A stretch of 39,782 nucleotides of DNA, taken from sequence record NZ_CP071287.1, one strand, 5' to 3'. This DNA comes from a plasmid. The translations under genes and the position numbers were made by a program. The notes beneath the pieces are model-generated. The model saw only the letters and a list, made by a program, of their open reading frames with translations, was not told the origin of the DNA and searched no databases. Below are positions 14,995 through 27,849 of this stretch, in pieces; the stretch's first letter is position 1, and the number at the start of each line of letters is the position of its first letter.

Positions 14995-15792
14995 TTATTT
15001 TGTATGATTATATATTTTTGAAAAACTATCATTAATATTATTTAAAACTTTATCGTCTTTTTTATCTTGGGTTTTAGCAAAATCAAAAATAGATAAGTGT
15101 TTAGTAGTTGCTTTATTAAAAATTTCTCTTTCAGAAATAGTAGAAATAACAGTTTCATCATCTTTTATGTGGCTTAACAATTCATGTGATGTGCTGGTGT
15201 TATGTTTAATCATATTAGCTACAAAAAATAATTGTGCGTCAACATAAGTTTCTCCAGTTTTATAATCAAACAAAGATTTTCTGAATTTTTCTAAACGAGC
15301 TTCTAAATCAAATTTTGCTGAATATCCATGTTCACTAGGTGTAATTGGACTAACTAAATAATTACTTATTGCTACTGCATTTTTTGTTATTGTAGAAAAA
15401 TCAGGGTGTGTATCAATTAAAATATAGTCATAGCTTCCAATATTTAATTTTTCAAAATTATTTTTTAACCAAAGAAATAATAACATTTCTTTATTGCTGT
15501 TGTTTTCTAATTTGCTTCCTAGTTCATCTAAATCAATAAAACCAGCTACTAAGTCTAAATTCTCTTTAATGTTATCAATGATAACTTCTTGTGCTTCCTC
15601 ACTATCTTTAAATGCTTCTGCAATAGTATTATTTCTTCGTGTTGGTTGAAAAATTGTTGTTAAATTGCATTGATGATCTAAATCAATTAATAAAACTTTC
15701 TTTCCTTTTTTTACCAACCAATCGCTATAATTTAGTGTTAGTGTTGTTTTACCAACTCCGCCTTTAATGGCTGTAAATGTAATGATTTTCAA
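14995..15792 (-). CDS. parA: ParA/Soj-family partition ATPase (type Ib), 265 aa
   Basis: Deviant Walker A motif KGGVGKTT at the N-terminus. Confidence 0.85.
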   Translation of the reverse strand: MKIITFTAIKGGVGKTTLTLNYSDWLVKKGKKVLLIDLDHQCNLTTIFQPTRRNNTIAEAFKDSEEAQEVIIDNIKENLDLVAGFIDLDELGSKLENNSNKEMLLFLWLKNNFEKLNIGSYDYILIDTHPDFSTITKNAVAISNYLVSPITPSEHGYSAKFDLEARLEKFRKSLFDYKTGETYVDAQLFFVANMIKHNTSTSHELLSHIKDDETVISTISEREIFNKATTKHLSIFDFAKTQDKKDDKVLNNINDSFSKIYNHTK

Positions 15793-15804
15793 TGTACTAC
15801 CACC

Positions 15805-15900
15805 TTTCTATATCTATTATAACATAAATAATTTAAAAAATAAACAATTTGTTTATTTAATTAATTATTTAATTAATTATTTATTTATTTATCTAATAAA
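15805..15900. repeat. AT-rich iterated TTAATTATTTA-type repeats upstream of parA (candidate centromere or parA operator). A similar array lies at 14662..14712.
   Basis: …ttaattaattatttaattaattatttatttatttatc…. Confidence 0.45.
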
Positions 15901-15907
15901 TAAAAAA

Positions 15908-16465
15908 CTAAACTATTTTATTAAATCTTCTTTTTTGAGTAGAAACACTAATTCCAGTTTTTCGTTCGATCATTTTGTGTGTCATTCCTTGTTGTTTTAA
16001 TTCATAAGCTAATTGAATTTGTTCTTCTGTAAATTTATTGGGTCTACCCTCTTTAAAGTTTGGGTTATTTTTTCTTGAATATTCTTTTCCCTCTTGAGTT
16101 CTGCTAACAATCATATCTCTTTCAAATTGAGCAAAGGCACTAAAAATTGTAAAAATTAATTTTCCAGTTGCGGTATTATCTATCACTCCCATATTTAAAA
16201 TATTTATTTTTATATCTTTATCAAAAAGTTCTTGAATAGTTGCTAATGCTTCTCTAGTATTTCTTGCGAAGCGATCTAGCTTTGTAATGATTAAAGTATC
16301 TCCTGATTCCAATTTATTTAATAAATTTATAAAGGCTGGGCGACTATTTGTTGTTCCAGTAAATTTTTCTTGGAAAATTTCTTCTGCACCAGCATTCTTT
16401 AATTGTTCAATTTGAGATTCTAGTTTTTGGTCTATTGTACTTACTCTAGCATATCCATATTTCAT
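15908..16465 (-). CDS. serine recombinase (resolvase/invertase family), intact, 185 aa
   Basis: [13 protein letters not shown]… catalytic Ser motif and a C-terminal HTH. Confidence 0.9.
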   Translation of the reverse strand: MKYGYARVSTIDQKLESQIEQLKNAGAEEIFQEKFTGTTNSRPAFINLLNKLESGDTLIITKLDRFARNTREALATIQELFDKDIKINILNMGVIDNTATGKLIFTIFSAFAQFERDMIVSRTQEGKEYSRKNNPNFKEGRPNKFTEEQIQLAYELKQQGMTHKMIERKTGISVSTQKRRFNKIV

Positions 16466-16469
16466 GATT

Positions 16470-16560
16470 TTCTCCCTCCACTTATGAGCCTTTGTTATGA
16501 GCCTTTAAAACTCCTTTGTTTATAGTATATAAAAAAATAGCCCATAACTGTTAAGTTATG
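16470..16560. promoter_or_regulatory. candidate res site and resolvase promoter region: direct GGCTCATAA repeats and the palindrome agcccataac…gttatgagct
   Basis: Repeated half-sites immediately upstream of the resolvase start. Confidence 0.4.
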
Positions 16561-17427
16561 AGCTATTTTTGTTTTTCAGAGAATTATAATTGACTAAAAT
16601 AGACATTGTTTCAGAAGTAATATCTTTCCTACTCTTTCAAGAATAAGGGCTCACAAGCTAGTAATCATATCTTGAATAGCTTTCTAAATGTTTATCTTTT
16701 TGGAGCTATACTATAAAAGTGAACAGAAAATTGTGTGTTATAATCTGTCTAGGAAGACACAAACACGAAAGGACGTTTATTTAGTGTTTATACAAAGGAG
16801 GCCCATTTATGTATTACAGTAACGGAAATTATATTCCTAAAAAACTTACTGACTGTTACTGATCGTGAAATATGCGAAGAATTCTTATATCACATTGGGG
16901 TTCTCCTAAAAATACAATTTCAGAAATTGAAGCAAGGGAATAAAATTAAAAGAAAAAAAAGAACGTTTTGAAAACTTTTGGCAATTTTTTTCAATCTATT
17001 GGTGGATGATTTTCCCAATTTTTGGTTTTATAACTTGGTTCATTTCTTTCTTTAATAGTCTATAAAGTTTTTGTTATCGAGCGGAGAGACAACTGAATAA
17101 ATGGGTTCATACACTATCTACTTTCCGTTAGGATAAGCATAGCGCCAAACAATATGGTAACATAAGATAATCCTTTATAGAATCTTTCTTAGTAGTTCTT
17201 GACATTTAAGGTTTATTTCATTACTCATCAGAGATTAAAATATTAAAATGAGCTAGAAACTTAATGTTCATTCATTACATCCGAGAGCTCTCTCATGACA
17301 TTCCGATAAAATTAAAGTATAATTTATACATAGGAAACTTTAAGTTTTTTGAAGTTTTATATTATTTGCAAGTAAAAAAGACTTGCTATAACAAGTCTTT
17401 CAGTCGATTTATTCGGCGGCTTAGAAC

Positions 17428-17475
17428 ATTTCAAGAACCGTTTACTCGCCAAAGTAATTAACGGTTCTTTTTTTT
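17428..17475 (+). terminator. rho-independent terminator (gaaccgtt…aacggttcttttttttt); a second hairpin lies at 17375..17400
   Basis: Stem-loops followed by T-runs. Confidence 0.55.
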
Positions 17476-17778
17476 ATTTTTATTTTTAAAATAAATGAAC
17501 AGCTTTTAAGTATTCCATTATTTTAAAAAACAGTAGACCACCTTCAATACAAAGTTGAATTATTTCTACTTTGTTTTTTTTATTATATCGTGATTTGGTT
17601 CGTTTTTTCTTTTTATTATGTTTTATAGTAATTTGAATCATCCTTAAGCTCCTTTTTATAGAGCCACCAAATCTAAATCAACTGATATTTTACATTTACC
17701 ATTATACCGTAAAAAAAATATCTAGTCATTTTATAGATACCAGATATCGTCCCGAATTATGTCAAACACACAATATAT

Positions 17779-17811
17779 TGTGTTAAAATTGTGTTAAAAT
17801 TCTGTTAAATT
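17779..17811. repeat. three tandem 11-bp repeats (TGTGTTAAAAT, TGTGTTAAAAT, TCTGTTAAATT) ending 8 bp before the ISS1-like IR
   Basis: Read directly from the sequence. Confidence 0.6.
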
Positions 17812-17819
17812 CGTAAAAT

Positions 17820-18628
17820 GGTTCTGTTGCAAAGTTTTCCAAAAAAATCTATTTTATTGTAAAATTGAGAAAAAAGACAGAGAGGACAGAGTAATGAATC
17901 ATTTTAAAGGCAAACAATTCAAAAAAGACGTCATTATTGTCGCTGTTGGTTACTACCTGCGTTACAATCTAAGCTATCGTGAAGTTCAGGAATTGTTATA
18001 TGATCGTGGAATAAATGTTTGTCATACTACGATTTATCGTTGGGTGCAAGAGTACAGCAAAGTCCTCTATTATCTTTGGAAGAAGAAAAATAGACAATCC
18101 TTCTATTCATGGAAAATGGACGAAACCTATATCAAAATTAAGGGACGTTGGCATTATCTTTATCGTGCAATTGATGCGGACGGCTTAACCTTAGATATCT
18201 GGTTACGAAAGAAACGGGATACGCAAGCAGCCTATGCTTTCTTAAAACGACTCCATAAACAGTTTGGTGAGCCGAAAGCAATTGTGACCGATAAAGCACC
18301 CTCTCTTGGCTCCGCCTTTAGAAAGTTACAGAGTGTGGGTTTATATACTAAGACAGAGCACCGAACTGTGAAGTATCTTAACAATTTAATAGAACAAGAC
18401 CATCGACCTATTAAACGACGAAATAAATTTTATCAAAGTCTCCGTACAGCCTCTTCCACGATTAAGGGCATGGAGACCCTTCGAGGAATATATAAAAAGA
18501 ACCGAAGAAATGGAACGCTCTTCGGCTTTTCGGTGTCTACTGAAATCAAGGTATTAATGGGAATAACAGCCTAAGATATTTGGAGTTCAGAGAGGGCGCG
18601 TTTGATTTTCAAACTTCGCAACAGAACC
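17820..18628 (+). mobile_element. ISS1/IS946-like IS6-family element, 809 bp (IRs GGTTCTGTTGCAAAGTTT); about 85% transposase identity to the IS1216 copies
   Basis: Terminal IRs are at both ends. It lies directly downstream of lacX, as in L. lactis lactose plasmids. Confidence 0.85.
17894..18574 (+). CDS. tnp: IS6-family transposase (ISS1-like), 226 aa
   Basis: MNHFKGKQFKKDVIIVAVGYYLRYNLSYREVQELLYDRGINVCHTTIYRW…. Confidence 0.9.
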   Translation: MNHFKGKQFKKDVIIVAVGYYLRYNLSYREVQELLYDRGINVCHTTIYRWVQEYSKVLYYLWKKKNRQSFYSWKMDETYIKIKGRWHYLYRAIDADGLTLDIWLRKKRDTQAAYAFLKRLHKQFGEPKAIVTDKAPSLGSAFRKLQSVGLYTKTEHRTVKYLNNLIEQDHRPIKRRNKFYQSLRTASSTIKGMETLRGIYKKNRRNGTLFGFSVSTEIKVLMGITA

Positions 18629-18635
18629 ACAGATT

Positions 18636-19541
18636 TTAATTAAGGATCGTAATGTCATAGGACTTTTTAGAAGTATCTAGAGGTAAAACTTTCGTTACCT
18701 GTGGTTTATCTTCTAAAATATTACCTTCTTCAAGTGAAGTGGAAAGCCCACTCCAAGGTTCTAAGGCAATGAATGGACTTTTATTGGTTGTAGACCACAG
18801 AATCAAGTTTGGAAAATCATCAAAATCAACTCGAAGACCTTTACCAGACTTTCTCGAGCGAAGTGTCACGCTGCGAGATTTCAGTCGGTCAAGTGTAATG
18901 GCGTCATGAGAAAAAAGTGAGTAATCCAAATCAAGAGACTTTTGGTTTTCCAAAAATGGCGTCCGATCTTGTAAATCTAATAACCCTGTCTCAGGGAAAC
19001 TCTTTGGTATCGAACAAGACTCAACCTCACTAAATTCAAGAGAATAGTCCTCATACTTTTCGCCTTCTACTAAAGGACAATTGAATGCTGGATGGGCTCC
19101 AATGAAGTAAGGCATCGTTTTTTCAGTTTCCAAGTTCATTACCTGAAACTCGGTTCTAATAGATTTCCCATTTAAGGTATAAACAACTCTTAGTTCAAAC
19201 TGATAAAGGTAATTATCAAGCATCTCAGCATTTGGTTTAATACTTAAAGTCACGCTATTTTCATTAACTTCTTCAAGAGTAAATTCTTCTTTTCGAACAA
19301 AACCATGTCTACGAATTAGACCTGTAAAAAAGGGTCTTTCTTGAGGTCTATAAATAGCCCGATCATTACGTAAACTACCACAGATAGGAAATAGAATTGG
19401 TGCCTGTCCATTCCAATACTCTGGATCAGCTTGCCAGAGATATTCTAACCCATCTTTGTCTTTAATCGAAGTCAGTTGACCACCAAGTGTTTTAAACTGA
19501 ACCGTAAGATACTCGTTTTTTAATTCGATAGTCACAGTCAA
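18636..19541 (-). CDS. lacX: LacX, aldose-1-epimerase-family protein of the lac operon
   Basis: 301 aa, follows lacG. Mutarotase-like motifs. Confidence 0.8.
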   Translation of the reverse strand: MTVTIELKNEYLTVQFKTLGGQLTSIKDKDGLEYLWQADPEYWNGQAPILFPICGSLRNDRAIYRPQERPFFTGLIRRHGFVRKEEFTLEEVNENSVTLSIKPNAEMLDNYLYQFELRVVYTLNGKSIRTEFQVMNLETEKTMPYFIGAHPAFNCPLVEGEKYEDYSLEFSEVESCSIPKSFPETGLLDLQDRTPFLENQKSLDLDYSLFSHDAITLDRLKSRSVTLRSRKSGKGLRVDFDDFPNLILWSTTNKSPFIALEPWSGLSTSLEEGNILEDKPQVTKVLPLDTSKKSYDITILN

Positions 19542-19826
19542 TTCCTTTCTTTTTGTTATTGGAAAGGCAAATAATCTACCTCGAAGTGAACAGTCTCACA
19601 TATTGCTACATCGAGTAATTGTAAAACTTCCCATTCAAATTCGGATAATGCTAAATCAGAATGGCAAATCCACTCTTTTCCAGGTGAAACATACCAGTTA
19701 CTACATTTTGTAGTGAGGTAGCTTCAAGCTCAGGAATTATAGGACAATCTTCGAAATTAATAATATATACCTTTTCAAATCCTGATCTAAAAATCGGATA
19801 ACAAATTATTACATTCTCAGGTGATA

Positions 19827-21359
<1,533 letters not shown>

Positions 21360-21370
21360 TTACAAATTTA

Positions 21371-23077
21371 TTAATCAAACTGTTGTTGAACAAATGCAAG
21401 AGCACCTTGTCCGTCACGTGTCAATTTGATATATTGAGCTCCTTCAGTTTTTGCAAGTTTAATGCCCAATTTATCTGTTTCAGCCTTCATATCATCGAAG
21501 TTTGAAGCGACCTGTGGAGCCAAGATTACCAAGTCAAACTCTGGCAACATTTCACGGTGAGCACCGTAACCACCCGCTGCCGCCTTGACTGGAACATTGT
21601 ATTCTGCTGCTGCTTTGTTCAAGGCATTGGCAAGCAAGCCACTTGTACCTCCACCTGCACAAAGAACAAGGACATTAGTTTCTTTTGTGATATTATTATT
21701 TGCTGCTACATCTTCTTTAGCAACGCCTGCTTTTCCAAGAACGGCATCTGCTTTAGCAGTATTGAAGTTTGCAACTACTTTTTCCTTAAGAGCATCGTTT
21801 CTTTTACCAGAACGTTCTTCTTCAAGAATTTGTTCATCGTATACCTTAACAAATGGGTAATAAATGATAGTATCAACAACTACCAAGAGTCCGGCTAAGA
21901 TAAATGATAGAACTTGGAAGTTAGTACCGAGTACAATTCCCAACGGACCAGGAGTAACCCATGGAAGGTTGACAGAGAATGAGTTCATGTTCAATGTGTC
22001 AACAAAGAATTTAAAGATCCAAACGTTGACAATCGGAGCGAAAATGAACGGTACAAAGAAAATCGGATTCAATACGATTGGTGCACCAAATAAGATTGGC
22101 TCATTAACCCCAAAGAATGTTGGAACAACTGAGGCACGTCCGATGGCACGGTTACGTTCTGATTTACAAATCCACATGAACAAGAATGGAACAATCAATG
22201 TAGCTCCTGTTCCACCCATGGTAACAATAAACATTTGAGTACCAGAAGTGATAACTTTATCTGCATGTTGTCCAGCTTGGATAAGATGCAAGTTGACATC
22301 GATATTGGCATAAGTGATAGCAGCGATTGCTGGTTCGACAATTGAAGGACCGTGGATACCAACAAACCAGAAGAAGGCATAAGCACCAAAGATAAGTGTA
22401 ATTCCAAGGTAACCATCTGCAGCTGAGAAGAGAGGAGCAATAAGGGTACCAATTGATTCTGCAACAGTTACACCAAGAGTTCCCTTAACAAGGAGTTCAA
22501 GTCCATATAGGAGAACAACTGAGACGGTGAACGGAATCAAGTCCTTAAATACTTGAGAGATATTTGGTGGAACCTCTTCAGGCATACGAATGGTAACATT
22601 ATTTTTTACACAGACTTTATAAACATTAACTGTCACAAACGCTGCGATAAATGCTGTCAAGAGACCTTTTGTACCCATGAAGGCTGTCAAGAAGCCTCCT
22701 TCTTTAGCAGGTTCAGCTGCCATCAAAAGGAAACCAACCATAGACGCTAGCATTGTAGACAAGAAGTTAATTTGATTAGTCGCAGGTAGGTCACGGTTCA
22801 TCGAGTCCGTCAAAGCTTTCGCGGTAGTACCACCAACAAAGAATGCTAGGATACCCATTGAATAGCTATAAGGAGTCATCAAGAAAGTTTCAACACCTTT
22901 AGACCAGTGAAAGCCCCAAGCATTTGGCACATAGGCAATCAAGATAAAGATTGATGAGAAAAGGATGACTGGCATACCAGCGATAAATCCATCACGAATA
23001 GCACGGAGATAGGTGTTTCGAGAAATTTTCTCAAAGAACGGTTTCCCTTTCTCAATAAGTTCAATGAGTTTATGCAT
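21371..23077 (-). CDS. lacE: PTS lactose-specific EIICB component, 568 aa
   Basis: Membrane IIC domain followed by a C-terminal IIB domain (…[15 protein letters not shown]…). Confidence 0.9.
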   Translation of the reverse strand: MHKLIELIEKGKPFFEKISRNTYLRAIRDGFIAGMPVILFSSIFILIAYVPNAWGFHWSKGVETFLMTPYSYSMGILAFFVGGTTAKALTDSMNRDLPATNQINFLSTMLASMVGFLLMAAEPAKEGGFLTAFMGTKGLLTAFIAAFVTVNVYKVCVKNNVTIRMPEEVPPNISQVFKDLIPFTVSVVLLYGLELLVKGTLGVTVAESIGTLIAPLFSAADGYLGITLIFGAYAFFWFVGIHGPSIVEPAIAAITYANIDVNLHLIQAGQHADKVITSGTQMFIVTMGGTGATLIVPFLFMWICKSERNRAIGRASVVPTFFGVNEPILFGAPIVLNPIFFVPFIFAPIVNVWIFKFFVDTLNMNSFSVNLPWVTPGPLGIVLGTNFQVLSFILAGLLVVVDTIIYYPFVKVYDEQILEEERSGKRNDALKEKVVANFNTAKADAVLGKAGVAKEDVAANNNITKETNVLVLCAGGGTSGLLANALNKAAAEYNVPVKAAAGGYGAHREMLPEFDLVILAPQVASNFDDMKAETDKLGIKLAKTEGAQYIKLTRDGQGALAFVQQQFD

Positions 23078-23394
23078 TATTTTGCTCCTCTTTTATAAAG
23101 TTCGATAAGGTGATGAATCACATCTTTTAACAAGACCGTAGTCATCAAGTGATCCTGACCATGCATCATAGTAACACTGTATGGAAGTTCTTCCCCAGAA
23201 GCTTCTCGAGCCAACATAGCTGTCTGAGAATTGTGTGCCTCTGCAATGCAACTTCCTGCTTCTACTACAAGACTATCTGCCTTAGCGAAGTCACCATTTT
23301 CAGCTGCTTTAAGCGCTTCCAAAAGTTTAGAGCGAGCGTCGCCAGCGTAGGCAACAATTTCAAACCCTAAAAGAGTCATCTCTTCTCTATTCAT
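23077..23394 (-). CDS. lacF: PTS lactose-specific EIIA component, 105 aa
   Basis: Size and position between lacD and lacE. IIA-Lac type helices. Confidence 0.85.
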   Translation of the reverse strand: MNREEMTLLGFEIVAYAGDARSKLLEALKAAENGDFAKADSLVVEAGSCIAEAHNSQTAMLAREASGEELPYSVTMMHGQDHLMTTVLLKDVIHHLIELYKRGAK

Positions 23395-23421
23395 AACATT
23401 ATCCTCCGTGTTGTATTTTTA

Positions 23422-24402
23422 CTATACTTTATCAGTCCATGGACTAGCTGTTTTAACAAGAACTTTATTAAGTTCGTCAATATTTTCGAATCCAGTTGTA
23501 CGCAACCATTCACGTGCTGATGCTTCACCATCTTTGATATAAGGTTCTACAGAACCTGCCCAAGTAGCACGTCCACAAAGGACACCATTAAACTTGGCAC
23601 CTGAGTCGTGAGCAAATTGCAATGTTTCTTGGAACAATTTAGCAGATACACCTGCACTTAGGTAGATGTATGGAAGGTTAGTCGCTTCTTCTTGTGCTTT
23701 AAAGAAGTCAGCAGCTTCAGCTTTACTGTAAACCACTTCACCATCAGCAAAACCTTCAACATACTTAACGTTTACTGGTACTTCAACTTTAAGAACATCG
23801 ATGTTAAAGCGTGGGTCAGAAAAAACTTTCATTGCTTCAATGACTTTGCGAGGTTTCACTTTTGCGTATTCAACAGAACCTGCATCTGAGATTTCTTCAT
23901 CATAAGCAAGGATTTCCAAGAAGAAAGGAATATCTTCAGCGACACATTCAGAACCAACACGTTCAATATAAGCTTGTTTTTGTTGGTTAAGTTCATCTGA
24001 GCTGTCTACATCATAGTAAAGCAAGAACTTAACGGCATCAGCGCCTTGCTCTTTGATACGTTTTGCAGACCAAACATCCAAGCAGTCAGGCAAACGTTTT
24101 GTACTTGATGTATCATAACCTGTTTTTTCATAAGCAAGAAGAAGACCAGCTTCTTTATCCAATGCTTTTGTTGCTGGAAGTCCATATTCAGGGTCAAGCA
24201 ACATTGAAGAAGCGTATTTTGTAAGTTCATCAGCAACCAAAACCTTTAGTTCTTCCATTTGAGCTACAGTTGGTTCTGTATCTTGATACTGTGCCATCAA
24301 ACGTTTCAAAGCACCACGTTGGTCAAATGCCAAAGCTGAGATAACACCGTTTTTATCTGAAAGTTTTTCCAAAGATTTGCGTTTCTGTTCTGTAAGTACC
24401 AT
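23422..24402 (-). CDS. lacD: tagatose-1,6-bisphosphate aldolase, 326 aa
   Basis: LacD/DeoC-type aldolase. Operon order lacABCD. Confidence 0.85.
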   Translation of the reverse strand: MVLTEQKRKSLEKLSDKNGVISALAFDQRGALKRLMAQYQDTEPTVAQMEELKVLVADELTKYASSMLLDPEYGLPATKALDKEAGLLLAYEKTGYDTSSTKRLPDCLDVWSAKRIKEQGADAVKFLLYYDVDSSDELNQQKQAYIERVGSECVAEDIPFFLEILAYDEEISDAGSVEYAKVKPRKVIEAMKVFSDPRFNIDVLKVEVPVNVKYVEGFADGEVVYSKAEAADFFKAQEEATNLPYIYLSAGVSAKLFQETLQFAHDSGAKFNGVLCGRATWAGSVEPYIKDGEASAREWLRTTGFENIDELNKVLVKTASPWTDKV

Positions 24403-24404
24403 TT

Positions 24405-25337
24405 TTATACCTCTTTTACTCCAATTTGTGAGTTTAGTATTTCGTAATTAGTCATATTCACATGCCCTGTTATTGTTTCTTGAGCATTTAACATACCCAA
24501 TGTCATCGCATGTTTTAATAAGTCAGCGTCACTTTTTTTACTATTTAAAGCTGATGCAATACCAGCTACCGTTGAGTCCCCTGATCCGACTGGATTAACA
24601 ACTGGGATATCAGGAATATCTACCTTATAGAAAACATCACCATGTTTTGCAAAGGCACCGTTTCGACCTAATGAGACCACTATCCATTCGATACCACTAA
24701 AAAGTGACTCTTTAAGAACGTCTTTGAGTTCTTCAATATCTTTTGTTACTTCTTTTCCAAGCAACTGTGAAAGTTCCTCATTATTAGGTTTGATGGCAGT
24801 AGGTTTAGCCGACGATTTTAGAACTGTTTCAAGTGGTGCACCTGAACAATCCAAAACGACTGCTACTCCTTCATCCGAAGCAAGTTGGATAAGTTTTTCA
24901 TAATAATCGTTGGGAAGTCCTGAAGGCAAACTTCCTGAAATTGTGACAACTTCTGATTGCTTAATAAGATTGCTATAGTGGTCAAGAAAGCCTTCTGCTT
25001 CTTCATGAGAAATTGTTGGTCCTTGTTCCAAAATTTCTGTTTGGTTACCCTCGTGTAAGATAGCAATACAGTTTCTAGTGTTTCCTGAGATTTTATAAAA
25101 AGCTGGACTAACAGGAGATTGTTCTAATTCGCTTTCAATAAATTCACCAATTTTACCACCTAAGAAACCTGTAGCAGTAACTTTATCACCAGATTCATAC
25201 AAGACTCTAGTAACATTTAAGCCTTTTCCACCAGCTGTCTTACTAACATCTTTCACCCTATTCACTGTATCAATTTTCAATGTTTCTAGAGGATAAGAGA
25301 TGTCTACTGAAGGATTTAGTGTGACTGTCAGAATCAT
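24405..25337 (-). CDS. lacC: tagatose-6-phosphate kinase (PfkB family), 310 aa
   Basis: PfkB motifs (…GSGDSTVAG…). Confidence 0.85.
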   Translation of the reverse strand: MILTVTLNPSVDISYPLETLKIDTVNRVKDVSKTAGGKGLNVTRVLYESGDKVTATGFLGGKIGEFIESELEQSPVSPAFYKISGNTRNCIAILHEGNQTEILEQGPTISHEEAEGFLDHYSNLIKQSEVVTISGSLPSGLPNDYYEKLIQLASDEGVAVVLDCSGAPLETVLKSSAKPTAIKPNNEELSQLLGKEVTKDIEELKDVLKESLFSGIEWIVVSLGRNGAFAKHGDVFYKVDIPDIPVVNPVGSGDSTVAGIASALNSKKSDADLLKHAMTLGMLNAQETITGHVNMTNYEILNSQIGVKEV

Positions 25338-25347
25338 TGGTTATACC

Positions 25348-25863
25348 TTAATCGTGGTACTCACCACGGTCCCATTTTTCAAGGAATTCTGTAAAGAAAT
25401 TCTCATCTGCTTGATGTGCATTATGTGTTTCAACGTGTTCGATTTTTGCAATCAATTTTTTATTTTCTTCTGTTGGTTTGTACTCAGCTTCAATGAAAGC
25501 TTCAATGATGTCATTCATAAGAAGACCACCAGTAATCATTCCACCAAAACCGATAACATTCGCATTAAGTTCTTCCTTAGCATATAGAGCTGACGTCATA
25601 TCACGAACCAACGCTGAGCGAACACCTGGAACTTTATTGACTGCATTGTTAATGCCGACACCTGTACCACAGATACATACTCCCAAGTCTGCTTGACCAC
25701 TTACTACTGCTTCACCGACTTTTTTACCATAGATAGGGTAGTGAGTACGTACGTGGTCATATGTCCCGAAATCAAGGACCTCATGTCCTTTTGATTTCAA
25801 GAATTCTGATACTGCCATTTTTACATCTGTGACAATGTGGTCACATCCAATTGCGATTCTCAT
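25348..25863 (-). CDS. lacB: galactose-6-phosphate isomerase subunit LacB, 171 aa
   Basis: RpiB/LacA/LacB family (MRIAIGCDH…). Confidence 0.85.
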   Translation of the reverse strand: MRIAIGCDHIVTDVKMAVSEFLKSKGHEVLDFGTYDHVRTHYPIYGKKVGEAVVSGQADLGVCICGTGVGINNAVNKVPGVRSALVRDMTSALYAKEELNANVIGFGGMITGGLLMNDIIEAFIEAEYKPTEENKKLIAKIEHVETHNAHQADENFFTEFLEKWDRGEYHD

Positions 25864-25879
25864 TTTTTAACTCCTTTTC

Positions 25880-26305
25880 TTAACACATCTTGTTAAGCAT
25901 ATCTACTCGGATTTGATGACGTCCGCCATCATATTTACCATTGACGAAAGCTTTAGCGATGTTTTTAGCAAGCTCATCACCGACGATTTCAGCGCCAACC
26001 GTAATCATTCGTGCATTGTTATGTCCACGTGTCATATAAGCTGAGCGTTCATCTGAAACTTCTGCTGCAACCATACCTTTAATTTTAGTTGCTACCATGA
26101 ATGGACCAGCTCCATAAGCATCAATTACAATACCTAAGTTTTGCTCATCTTTATTTACTTCAGAGGCAACTGCCAAGGTAACATCAACAAAATCTTGTCC
26201 GTCCTTAGTCACATCAATTACCTCAAAACCTTCTTCTACAAGAAAATTTTTCACAACATCTTTTAATCTCGTACCTTTGAGATCTGCACCAACAACAATA
26301 GCCAT
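25880..26305 (-). CDS. lacA: galactose-6-phosphate isomerase subunit LacA, 141 aa
   Basis: RpiB/LacA family. First gene of the operon. Confidence 0.85.
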   Translation of the reverse strand: MAIVVGADLKGTRLKDVVKNFLVEEGFEVIDVTKDGQDFVDVTLAVASEVNKDEQNLGIVIDAYGAGPFMVATKIKGMVAAEVSDERSAYMTRGHNNARMITVGAEIVGDELAKNIAKAFVNGKYDGGRHQIRVDMLNKMC

Positions 26306-26381
26306 TTTGACTACCTCCTAAATTTTAAAAAGAAATGCTACGTAGAAGTAGAAAATATTTTGCAAAATGTTCGAAATAACG

Positions 26382-26432
26382 TTTTCATCATTTCTTTGTT
26401 TATATAATATCAAACATTCAAACAAAAAGCAA
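26382..26432 (-). promoter_or_regulatory. lac operon promoter (-35 TTGCTT at 26427..26432, 17 bp, -10 TATTAT at 26404..26409). A palindromic cre-like site TGAAAACGTTATTTCG lies at 26382..26397, just downstream.
   Basis: Hexamers read on the minus strand. The cre call is by similarity to the CcpA consensus only. Confidence 0.5.
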
Positions 26433-26711
26433 CGCTTTTTTTGTTTATTTTTTGTTTATTTTTTGTTTTTTTAAAAAATAGATAACACCGTTAAATTATT
26501 GTTCATTTTTGTTCATTTAATCCATCACAAAATGGACGTGAAATATCTATTCAAGTATTACAAAAGTCTTTTACTTTCTATAACTTACTGATTAAGAGGT
26601 CCTACTTTATTTTCGTCTTATACAAAATCTGACCTAAGCTAATATACGTCAATCCTCTGTTCTTATTTCATCATCTAACGTTTGTTTTTGTTTAAAATTG
26701 TTTGTTTTACC

Positions 26712-26739
26712 TTGAAAACATTGTCTTTTATGATACAAT
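26712..26739 (+). promoter_or_regulatory. lacR promoter (TTGAAA, 16 bp, TACAAT)
   Basis: Located 55 bp upstream of the lacR ATG. Confidence 0.55.
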
Positions 26740-26792
26740 TAAAAGAGAATTATCTTTGGAAAAAAATTACTTTATGAAAGAAGAGTCTTCAT

Positions 26793-27560
26793 ATGAACAA
26801 AAAACGACGATTAGAAAAAATTTTAGATATGTTAAAGATTGATGGGACCATAACCATAAAAGAAATAATAGATGAACTAGATATTTCCGATATGACAGCC
26901 CGTAGAGACCTTGATGCTCTAGAAGCTGATGGACTTTTAACACGTACTCATGGTGGTGCACAATTGCTTTCCTCTAAAAAGCCACTTGAAAAGACACATA
27001 TCGAGAAGAAAAGTCTAAATACAAAAGAAAAAATTGACATTGCTAAAAAAGCCTGCTCTTTAATCAAAGATGGCGATACTATTTTTATTGGACCCGGAAC
27101 TACACTTGAACAACTGGCATTAGAATTGAAAGGTCGTAAAGGTTATAAAATTCGTGTCATTACAAATAGTCTCCCTGTGTTCTTGATTCTAAATGATAGC
27201 GAAACCATTGATTTATTGCTTCTTGGCGGTGAATATAGAGAAATAACTGGAGCTTTTGTAGGTTCAATGGCTTCGACAAATTTAAAAGCAATGAGATTTG
27301 CCAAAGCTTTTGTTAGTGCAAATGCTGTTACCCATAATTCTATTGCTACATATAGTGACAAGGAAGGTGTGATTCAACAACTTGCCCTAAACAGTGCTGT
27401 AGAAAAATTCTTATTAGTAGACAGTACTAAATTCGATCGATACGATTTCTTTAACTTCTACAATCTAGATCAACTCGATACCATCATTACAGATAACCAG
27501 ATTAGCCCTCAACACTTAGAGGAATTTAGCCAGTACACTACTATTTTAAAAGCGGACTAG
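26793..27560 (+). CDS. lacR: DeoR-family lactose operon repressor LacR, 255 aa, divergent from lacA
   Basis: N-terminal HTH (…ISDMTARRDLDALE…) and a DeoR C-terminal sugar-phosphate-binding domain. Confidence 0.85.
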   Translation: MNKKRRLEKILDMLKIDGTITIKEIIDELDISDMTARRDLDALEADGLLTRTHGGAQLLSSKKPLEKTHIEKKSLNTKEKIDIAKKACSLIKDGDTIFIGPGTTLEQLALELKGRKGYKIRVITNSLPVFLILNDSETIDLLLLGGEYREITGAFVGSMASTNLKAMRFAKAFVSANAVTHNSIATYSDKEGVIQQLALNSAVEKFLLVDSTKFDRYDFFNFYNLDQLDTIITDNQISPQHLEEFSQYTTILKAD

Positions 27561-27564
27561 AATT

Positions 27565-27849
27565 ATGACTTATAAAAATATTGTTTTTGACCTTGATGAC
27601 ACTCTTTATGACCATCAACTCCCCTTTAAACGTAGCGTTGAGAAATGTTTTCCAACGATTGATATCCAACAAATAGATAACATTTACAAACGTTTCAGAT
27701 ATTGGTCTGATGTTGCTTTTCCTAAATACACGAAAAAATTCATCAGTATTGAGCAGCTTAGAATTTTTCGCTGTCAGAAGACTATGGAAGAATTTGGCAT
27801 CGATAGTATTTCTAGGACAGAAGCTCTAGACTGGACTACTCTTAAATAA
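27565..27849 (+). pseudogene. HAD-superfamily hydrolase, N-terminal fragment only (94 aa; motif I FDLDDTL)
   Basis: Full-length HAD phosphatases are about 200-230 aa. The ORF stops after the cap region. A terminator lies at 27862..27902. Confidence 0.55.
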
